Of a DNA stretch of 4,480 nucleotides, positions 1-4,480 are shown one piece after another; the first letter of the stretch is position 1; each line of letters begins with the position of its first letter. The notes below the pieces were generated by a model. The model made no database searches. It was not told where the DNA came from and was given only the letters and a program-made list of their open reading frames with translations. Origin of the DNA: a virus (Duplodnaviria; Heunggongvirae; Uroviricota; Caudoviricetes); the IMG/VR virus record IMGVR_UViG_2713896791_000006; one strand, given 5' to 3'. A program made the translations under genes and the position numbers.

Positions 1-31
1 AATTACCAACCTTAGCTTCGTTGGTTAGCTA

Positions 32-250
32 TTAACGCGGGTATGTAATCATTCTGGCAATGGTTAATGCCGCTGCTTTTTCCAGATTGGTGATATCCTG
101 CTCCAGAGAGGACAGATTTTCAGCCTGCTTAGCCCTGACTTCATTAGCCCATTTCAGATCCTGCGCTGCATTAATTTTCTGGTGCATCCACTCATAAAGT
201 TCATCATTGGTATAGTCTGGCGCGATGATGACGGGTTCTCGTTTCTGCAT
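32..250 (-). CDS. Small hypothetical prophage protein (72 aa), distal gene of the leftward early operon
   Basis: ATG at 250-248 on the minus strand, preceded by GAGGA (RC of 257-261) with a 6-nt spacer; stop TAA at 34-32. It sits directly downstream of the 42-aa ORF in the same orientation. No motif I can recognise. Confidence 0.5.
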   Translation of the reverse strand: MQKREPVIIAPDYTNDELYEWMHQKINAAQDLKWANEVRAKQAENLSSLEQDITNLEKAAALTIARMITYPR

Positions 251-279
251 ACTGATTCCTCGCGGTGCTGTTTCGCTTA

Positions 280-408
280 TCAGCCATTAGATTTTGCCGA
301 ACTGGAAAGCACCTGTTTAAATTCGTTGAAGCTGTGAGCTTCTTCGCCTTCGGCAAGGCCTTCGAAGTATTCTTCGTAAGCCTTTTCCATGATTGTGTCG
401 AAATCCAT
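280..408 (-). CDS. Very small acidic protein (42 aa, MDFDTIMEKAYEEYFEGLAEGEEAHSFNEFKQVLSSSAKSNG); absent from the supplied ORF track
   Basis: Own translation of the minus strand: ATG at 408-406, stop TGA at 282-280. An AGGTGG Shine-Dalgarno-like motif (RC of 414-419) lies 5 nt upstream of the ATG. The upstream ORF's stop and this start are arranged TGAtATG (412-406), suggesting translational coupling. The plus-strand ORF 265-462 is its Phe-rich antisense shadow. Confidence 0.4.
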   Translation of the reverse strand: MDFDTIMEKAYEEYFEGLAEGEEAHSFNEFKQVLSSSAKSNG

Positions 409-409
409 A

Positions 410-658
410 TCACCCACCTGAATTTCTTTCCAGCCAGCGACGCGCTCCAGATTCGGTTTTAAACGTTTTGCTTTTGGTATACGTCATTGCGGTGAACGTA
501 CCGTACTGGTTGGGGAACACGCCACATACCAGAGATTCGCTGTTGCCAAGATCGATAGTATCCATGCTGACCTCATTNNNNNNNNNNNNNNNNNNNNNNN
601 NNNNNNNNNNNNNNNNNNNNNNNNNNNCATAGTTATTAAAGTTGAACCCTGCCGTCAT
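410..658 (-). CDS. First gene of the leftward operon, interrupted by the assembly gap; true length and frame continuity unknown
   Basis: ATG at 658-656 (MTAGFNFNNY...) about 94 nt downstream of the predicted leftward promoter, with GAGG 9 nt upstream. The reading frame enters the 50-N gap (578-627); because the gap length is arbitrary, the N-terminal and C-terminal parts are only artificially joined in the ORF track. The C-terminal part ends at TGA 412-410. Confidence 0.4.
   Translation of the reverse strand: MTAGFNFNNYXXXXXXXXXXXXXXXXXNEVSMDTIDLGNSESLVCGVFPNQYGTFTAMTYTKSKTFKTESGARRWLERNSGG
578..627. other. Assembly/scaffold gap (50 N)
   Basis: Run of exactly 50 N; the flanking sequences are not duplicated, so this is probably a true gap of unknown size. 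Confidence 0.95.
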
Positions 659-758
659 GTTCTTACGCCTCGGGCTGGCTACTTAACCCGTGACCACTGC
701 CTGGTAACTCGAGGTATTGCCCTGTATTGTGTGGGACGGGATGGGTTGGTATGGGAAA

Positions 759-787
759 ACTATAGGAAATGCCTAATTACTTGTCAA
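759..787 (-). promoter_or_regulatory. Leftward sigma70-type promoter (PL analogue): TTGACA, 17-nt spacer, TATAGT
   Basis: On the minus strand: -35 TTGACA (RC of 782-787), 17-nt spacer (781-765), -10 TATAGT (RC of 759-764). Predicted transcription start near 752, reading toward the ATG at 658. Confidence 0.5.
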
Positions 788-824
788 TAGGCTATGCCTA
801 ATAATTTGGGCGCAACCTAATAGG
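763..824. promoter_or_regulatory. Operator-like palindromes left of racR (OL analogue)
   Basis: Perfect palindrome TAGGC-TAT-GCCTA at 788-800, abutting the -35 hexamer. Imperfect copy TAGGA-AAT-GCCTA at 763-775 inside the promoter spacer (centres 25 bp apart). A CCTA-A-TAGG element at 816-824. Confidence 0.45.
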
Positions 825-895
825 TGATGGTTTGTGGAAGAGGTAGTAGGAGTTAACTAACGGGAACTAGGAATTTCCCGTCGGACCATATAAGT

Positions 896-1372
896 TTAAG
901 TTCCTGTCTTGGTGATGTTCTGGCTTTTCCGTTTTGATTCTTGATTTTTCAGATAGTTAGCTACCTTCATTTCCATTGCGGCAATGTAGGCGCGAACGTC
1001 ATGATCAACCCAACTAGGCTCCGTAGCATTTCCAGATAAGATGAAAGCCACAATTGCTCTTTTTTCATCAGAGGCGGCTTGATAAAGGCTGTTTATGTCT
1101 AAAAGTTCACTTTTTGTATCTGAAGTGGATGGGGTTGGTATGGGGTATTCGTTAAGCCCCCAATGCTCTGGACCAACCACATCAGAAAAGAAACGCCATA
1201 GTTCTGGAAGTTTGTCTTTACTTATCGAACCTTTCTTAATCCAGTCATGGATTGATGGTGGTTGGACTTTGAAATGACGTGCGATTTCCGCCTTTGATTT
1301 GACGGCTCCTGATGCAATTTTTTTGTTAATGGCCTGCTCTATCGCTCGGCCTAAGTCTTTACCACTAAGCAT
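896..1372 (-). CDS. racR: CI-like helix-turn-helix repressor of a Rac-type prophage (RacR-like, 158 aa)
   Basis: 158-aa ORF with an N-terminal HTH-like segment (KSKAEIARHFKVQPPSIHDWIKKG). ATG at 1372-1370 with AGGAG (RC of 1384-1388) upstream; stop TAA at 898-896. Divergent from a Cro-like gene and followed by ydaT/ydaU/ydaV-like genes, matching the Rac prophage gene order as I recall it; the 158-aa length matches RacR. Confidence 0.8.
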   Translation of the reverse strand: MLSGKDLGRAIEQAINKKIASGAVKSKAEIARHFKVQPPSIHDWIKKGSISKDKLPELWRFFSDVVGPEHWGLNEYPIPTPSTSDTKSELLDINSLYQAASDEKRAIVAFILSGNATEPSWVDHDVRAYIAAMEMKVANYLKNQESKRKSQNITKTGT

Positions 1373-1401
1373 TGCTTAATAGTCTCCTATGCGCATCGCG
1401 T

Positions 1402-1467
1402 TAGGCAATCCCTACTCTCGATGTATTAGGCATAGCCTATTGACAATTTCATTAGGCTAAGCCTAAT
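1402..1467. promoter_or_regulatory. Three operator-like palindromes in the racR-ydaS divergent region (OR analogue)
   Basis: Site 1 TAGGC-AAT-CCCTA at 1402-1414 (one mismatch). Site 2 TAGGC-ATA-GCCTA at 1427-1439 (perfect). Site 3 ATTAGGCT-A-AGCCTAAT at 1451-1467 (perfect 17-bp palindrome). Centres at 1408, 1433 and 1459, i.e. 25-26 bp apart. Sites 2 and 3 flank or overlap the rightward promoter. Confidence 0.5.
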
Positions 1468-1469
1468 AT
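1440..1469 (+). promoter_or_regulatory. Rightward sigma70-type promoter (PR analogue) for the ydaS operon
   Basis: -35 TTGACA at 1440-1445, 18-nt spacer, -10 TAATAT at 1464-1469. GGAG at 1484-1487 then ATG at 1497. Confidence 0.5.
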
Positions 1470-1496
1470 TGTTGCGTGTTTTTTGGAGTTCATTCG

Positions 1497-1820
1497 ATGA
1501 AAAAAGATAACTATTCATTCAAACGAGCTTGTGCTGTTGTCGGTGGGCAATCAGCAATGGCTAGGCTTTTAGGTGTATCTCCTCCAAGCGTAAATCAATG
1601 GATCAAAGGTGTACGTCAGTTACCTGCTGAGAGATGTCCTGCGATTGAACGAGCAACAAAAGGTGGTGTTCTGTGTGAAGAACTTCGTCCTGATGTTGAT
1701 TGGACATACTTACGACGCTCGTCATGTTATTCGCAGAATATGTCGATGAAGCAACCAAATGACGAAAACGATCATACCCGAAGCATCAAGAGGCAAATGA
1801 TTCATGAAAATCAAACATGA
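1497..1820 (+). CDS. ydaS: Cro-like HTH protein (YdaS-like)
   Basis: ATG at 1497 (MKKDNYSF...) with GGAG 9 nt upstream. HTH-like segment QSAMARLLGVSPPSVNQWIKG. The ORF-track start at 1476 is a GTG extension lying inside the predicted promoter/leader, so I prefer 1497. Position is divergent from the repressor gene. Confidence 0.75.
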   Translation: MKKDNYSFKRACAVVGGQSAMARLLGVSPPSVNQWIKGVRQLPAERCPAIERATKGGVLCEELRPDVDWTYLRRSSCYSQNMSMKQPNDENDHTRSIKRQMIHENQT

Positions 1821-2229
1821 GCACATCCGCATGGCGATGAATGCCTGGGCATACCCTGATGGTGAGAAAGTTCCTGCAGCTGAAATAGCCCGGACTTATT
1901 TCGAACTGGGGATGACGTTCCCTGAACTGTACGACGACAGCCATCCGGAAGCCCTGGCCCGTAATACCCAGAAAATTTTCCGTTGGCTGGATAAAGACAC
2001 CCCTGATGCTGTTGAAAAAATGCAGGCTCTGTTACCGGCGATCGAAAAGGCGATGCCGCCTTTGCTGGTGGCCCGTATGCGCAGCCACAGTTCTGAATAT
2101 TACCGTGAGATCGTCGAACGGAGGGATCGGCTGGTGAAGGATGTCGATGATTTTGTTGCGTCAGCGGTTGTTTTGTATGACCAGATGAATCGCGGCGGCC
2201 CGGCAGGGAATGCTGTGGTGATGCACTAA
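1804..2229 (+). CDS. ydaT: YdaT-like protein (140 aa; reported CII-like / toxic when derepressed)
   Basis: ATG at 1804 with AAGAGG (1788-1793) upstream. Overlaps the 3' end of ydaS by 17 nt in a different frame. Length and position match YdaT in the Rac gene order. Confidence 0.75.
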   Translation: MKIKHEHIRMAMNAWAYPDGEKVPAAEIARTYFELGMTFPELYDDSHPEALARNTQKIFRWLDKDTPDAVEKMQALLPAIEKAMPPLLVARMRSHSSEYYREIVERRDRLVKDVDDFVASAVVLYDQMNRGGPAGNAVVMH

Positions 2230-2251
2230 AAGCACGGTGTTCGGGGGTTTT

Positions 2252-3214
2252 ATGAGCAGCAAGCTTCATGGTCTTGTCTGGGAAGGGTGCGCCTTCACCG
2301 GCATGATCTTATCCAGGGTGGCGGTTATGGCCCGTCTTGCAGACTACAGCAATGACGAGGGCGTGTCATGGCCTGCCATTGAAACTATCCGGCGTCAGAT
2401 CGGTGCAAGAAGTGAATCCACAGTGAAATCGGCTATTGCAGAACTGGCGAAAGAGGGCTGGCTGACGAAGGAAGAGCGTAAGGTCGGTGGGCGTAATGTA
2501 AGCAATATCTATCGGCTTAATGTGGAAAAACTCGAAGCAGCTGCGGCGGCGGCGCGTGAGTCATATAAACCGAAAAGAAAAATTAGCCCGGCAAAAAATG
2601 ACCCGTTAACAGTTGACCCGTCAAATATTGACCCCTCAACGGTTGACCCGTCAAATTTTGATGGATCAACTGTTGATAAAAAACTGCCGATTAGGGGGGC
2701 GATGATTGACCCCGATCCGTCAGTATTAAAACCTGATCCGTCAGATAAAAGATCTTCTTGTCCGGACGCTTCGCAACCGGACCCGCAGACGGCTGAACAG
2801 GATTTTTTAACCCGACACCCTGACGCGGTTGTGTTCAGTGCGAAAAAACGCCAGTGGGGAAGTCAGGAAGATTTGGTGTGCGCACAGTGGATCTGGGGAC
2901 GAATCGTGAGTCTTTACGAGCAGGCGGCCAGCGATGATGGCGAGATCACTAGACCGAAAGAACCCAACTGGACAGCATGGGCCAATGACGTTCGCACAAT
3001 GCGGATGCTGGATGGCAGAACTCACAGACAAATTTGTGAAATGTTTGGGCGTCTCCAGCGGGATTCGTTCTGGGTAAAAAACATCATGAGTCCGGCAAAA
3101 CTCCGGGAAAAATGGGATGAACTGGTTATCCGCCTGGGGCGTTCGCCTGCGCAGCGTTGCGTGAATCACATTTCTGAACCGGACACTGAAATACCGCCGG
3201 GATTCAGGGGGTGA
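2252..3214 (+). CDS. ydaU: Replication initiator-like protein (YdaU-like): N-terminal winged-HTH, pentapeptide-repeat linker, DnaT-like C-terminal tail
   Basis: ATG at 2252 preceded by GGGGG (2243-2247); the track start at 2237 is GTG. N-terminal segment RLADYSNDEGVSWPAIETIRRQIGARSESTVKSAIAELAKEGWL resembles a winged-helix DNA-binding domain. The C-terminus ...VNHISEPDTEIPPGFRG closely resembles the C-terminus of E. coli DnaT as I recall it (...VNTVSEPDSQIPPGFRG). Sits immediately upstream of the DnaC-like gene. Confidence 0.8.
   Translation: MSSKLHGLVWEGCAFTGMILSRVAVMARLADYSNDEGVSWPAIETIRRQIGARSESTVKSAIAELAKEGWLTKEERKVGGRNVSNIYRLNVEKLEAAAAAARESYKPKRKISPAKNDPLTVDPSNIDPSTVDPSNFDGSTVDKKLPIRGAMIDPDPSVLKPDPSDKRSSCPDASQPDPQTAEQDFLTRHPDAVVFSAKKRQWGSQEDLVCAQWIWGRIVSLYEQAASDDGEITRPKEPNWTAWANDVRTMRMLDGRTHRQICEMFGRLQRDSFWVKNIMSPAKLREKWDELVIRLGRSPAQRCVNHISEPDTEIPPGFRG
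2598..2687. repeat. Tandem 15-bp iteron-like repeats (core TTGAC-CC-GTCAA) inside ydaU
   Basis: Units at 2598, 2613, 2628, 2643, 2658 and 2673: atgacccgttaacag, ttgacccgtcaaata, ttgacccctcaacgg, ttgacccgtcaaatt, ttgatggatcaactg, ttgataaaaaactgc. Each good unit has the inverted arms TTGAC/GTCAA. They encode pentapeptide repeats VDPSN/IDPST. Confidence 0.55.
2706..2754. repeat. Second repeat pair (GATCCGTCAG followed by A/T-rich tract) with clustered GATC sites
   Basis: GATCCGTCAG at 2714-2723 and 2736-2745, each followed by tattaaaa / ataaaag. GATC at 2664, 2714, 2736 and 2751, i.e. four sites in about 90 bp. Confidence 0.4.
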
Positions 3215-3220
3215 CGTGTC

Positions 3221-3961
3221 ATGAAAAACATTGCGGCAGTTGGGGTTCTTGAACGTATTCGCAGACTTGCACCACAGGGGGCGGTTCCACCGTACCGGAC
3301 GGTGGAGGAGTGGCGGGAATGGCAACTTGCTGAAGGACGAAAACGCAGCGAGGAGATTAACCGCCTGAATCATCAGGTGCGGGTTGAAAAAATCCTGAAC
3401 CGTGCGGGCATCCAGCCGCTTCACAGGAAGTGCTCATTCGGGAACTACCGGGTGCAGAACGACGGTCAGCGCCATGCTCTGAGCCAGGCGAAATCCATTG
3501 CCGATGAATTGATGACCGGATGTACAAACTTCGTGTTCAGCGGTAAACCTGGTACCGGTAAAAATCACCTGGCAGCAGCGATTGGCAATCGGCTGATGGC
3601 GAAGGGGAGAAGCGTGATTATCGTCACCGTGTCCGATGTCATGAGCGTGTTGCATGACGGCTACGACAACGGCCAGTCCGGGGAAAAATTTTTACAGGAG
3701 CTTTGTGGAGTTGACCTTCTGGTCCTTGATGAAATTGGCATGCAGCGGGATACGCGCAACGAGCAGGTCACGCTGAACCAGATAGTCGACCGCAGAACGG
3801 CTTCGATGCGTAGTGTCGGAATGCTGACGAACCTGAATCACGCAGCGATGAGCACACTCCTCGGAGATCGGGTGATGGACCGTATGACCATGAATGGTGG
3901 TCGTTGGGTGAATTTTAACTGGGAGAGCTGGCGGTCAAACGTTGGACGTCAGGGTATGTGA
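3221..3961 (+). CDS. ydaV: DnaC-like AAA+ helicase loader (YdaV-like, 246 aa)
   Basis: ATG at 3221 with AGGGGG (3206-3211) upstream. DnaC-type Walker A FSGKPGTGKNHLAAAIG (DNA 3542-3565 covers GKPGTGKN) and Walker B DLLVLDEIG. Similar along its whole length to E. coli DnaC as I recall it (e.g. CSFxNYRV, MLTNxN, VMDRM, NW[ED]S[WY]RS). Confidence 0.85.
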   Translation: MKNIAAVGVLERIRRLAPQGAVPPYRTVEEWREWQLAEGRKRSEEINRLNHQVRVEKILNRAGIQPLHRKCSFGNYRVQNDGQRHALSQAKSIADELMTGCTNFVFSGKPGTGKNHLAAAIGNRLMAKGRSVIIVTVSDVMSVLHDGYDNGQSGEKFLQELCGVDLLVLDEIGMQRDTRNEQVTLNQIVDRRTASMRSVGMLTNLNHAAMSTLLGDRVMDRMTMNGGRWVNFNWESWRSNVGRQGM

Positions 3962-3985
3962 GAATTTTTGACGAGGTAAATTTTC

Positions 3986-4480
3986 GATGGAAACTGTATT
4001 GCATGCACTGAAAGCGATGGGAAAAGCCAATTCTGTTGAACTGGCGGCGCGGCTTGATATCAGCCGTGAAGAAGTTCTTAACGAACTGTGGGAACTCAAA
4101 AAAAATGGCGTTGTTGATAAAACGGGTCACACCTGGTTTCTGGCTGTCGAAGGTGANNNNNNNNNNNNNNNNNNNNNNNNNNNNNNNNNNNNNNNNNNNN
4201 NNNNNNTCAAAAAAAATGGCGTTGTTGATAAAACGGGTCACACCTGGTTTCTGGCTGTCGAAGGTGAAGCCGGGGTAACCGAAGGGCAGGCACTACAACC
4301 TGAAGCGCCGGATGTGGTAACCGAAGAGGTCGCTCCAAAAGTTACCGCAGACATGATGGTTGAGTTTATCGGTCAGGATGGTGCTAAAACGTGTGAGGAA
4401 CTGGCGGGTAAGTTCGGCGTCAGTACTCGCAAGGTTGCTTCCACGCTGGCGGTGGTAACCGCAACGGGGCGGCTGGCACG
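3986..4480 (+). CDS. Hypothetical protein with two winged-helix-like segments; partial (runs off the window) and interrupted by an artefactual gap
   Basis: ATG at 3986 with GAGGTAAA (3973-3980) upstream: [57 protein letters not shown]... The frame resumes after the gap at 4209 ([28 protein letters not shown]...[35 protein letters not shown]...) and is open to 4480. Could be a YdaW-like gene, but I cannot confirm this. Confidence 0.5.
4096..4267. repeat. 61-bp exact direct duplication (4096-4156 = 4207-4267) across the N gap; probable mis-joined overlapping contig ends
   Basis: Both copies read tcaaaaaaaatggcgttgttgataaaacgggtcacacctggtttctggctgtcgaaggtga. Removing the gap and one copy restores a continuous in-frame ORF. 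Confidence 0.85.
4157..4206. other. Assembly/scaffold gap (50 N) flanked by duplicated contig ends
   Basis: Run of exactly 50 N; the 61 bp before and after are identical. Confidence 0.95.

Noticed and set aside
5-25. Hairpin ACCAAC-N9-GTTGGT downstream of the 72-aa gene as a terminator
   Set aside because: It lies at the window edge, so the downstream U-tract cannot be assessed, and the stem is short.
204-462. ORF-track entries 204..413 (minus, GTG start) and 265..462 (plus)
   Set aside because: The plus ORF is a Phe-rich antisense shadow of the acidic minus-strand frame. The 204..413 ORF uses a GTG start with no ribosome-binding site and overlaps the better-supported 42-aa and 72-aa genes out of frame.
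659-752. nutL-like boxA/boxB in the leftward leader
   Set aside because: I could not find a convincing boxA (CGCTCTTA-like) or boxB hairpin by eye. It is left as an open question, not a call.
861-880. Hairpin CGGGAA-N8-TTCCCG just downstream of the racR stop as an intrinsic terminator
   Set aside because: The stem is only 6 bp and is not followed by a convincing U-tract on the minus strand.
1095-1277. 60-aa plus-strand ORF inside racR
   Set aside because: Antisense to the repressor gene and without an upstream ribosome-binding site; shadow ORF.
1476-1496. Extended GTG start for ydaS (track start 1476) and for ydaU (track start 2237)
   Set aside because: The extensions begin inside the predicted promoter/leader (ydaS) or lack a ribosome-binding site (ydaU). 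The internal ATGs at 1497 and 2252 have proper Shine-Dalgarno spacing.
1811-2269. 152-aa minus-strand ORF antisense to ydaT
   Set aside because: It lies entirely inside a well-supported plus-strand gene, has an Arg/Pro/His/Ser-rich composition typical of antisense frames, and has no ribosome-binding site or context.
2598-2754. Possible CRISPR array or mini-satellite
   Set aside because: The 15-bp units are contiguous with no spacers, lie in-frame inside a coding sequence, and have the dyad symmetry of initiator-binding iterons, not CRISPR repeats.
2807-3424. 205-aa minus-strand ORF antisense to the ydaU 3' end and ydaV 5' end
   Set aside because: It overlaps two plus-strand genes with strong motif support (DnaT-like tail, DnaC-like Walker motifs) and spans their intergenic ribosome-binding site. 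Most likely a shadow ORF.
3434-3655. 73-aa minus-strand ORF inside ydaV
   Set aside because: Antisense to the Walker A region of the DnaC-like gene; no independent support.
3915-4278. ORF-track entries 3915..4241 (minus) and 4036..4278 (plus) spanning the second N gap
   Set aside because: Both owe their length to reading through N placeholders and the duplicated 61-mer. The real gene is the plus-strand frame starting at 3986.

Overview
This window looks like the immunity and replication core of a Rac-like lambdoid prophage from an enterobacterium, not a novel system. Reading left to right: a leftward early operon of small genes (minus strand, broken by a 50-N gap), a CI-like repressor gene (racR, minus strand) flanked on both sides by mirrored operator/promoter modules, then a rightward operon of a Cro-like gene (ydaS), an overlapping ydaT, an O-like replication initiator (ydaU) carrying an internal iteron array, a DnaC-like helicase loader (ydaV), and a partial winged-helix-like gene interrupted by a second 50-N gap. 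Gene names rest on remembered protein lengths, motifs and gene order, not on a database search. The most interesting sequence-level observations are the lambda-style OL/OR arrangement around racR, the candidate replication origin inside ydaU, and a 61-bp exact duplication flanking the second gap that is almost certainly an assembly artefact. I see no CRISPR array, tRNA, rRNA or insertion-sequence ends.
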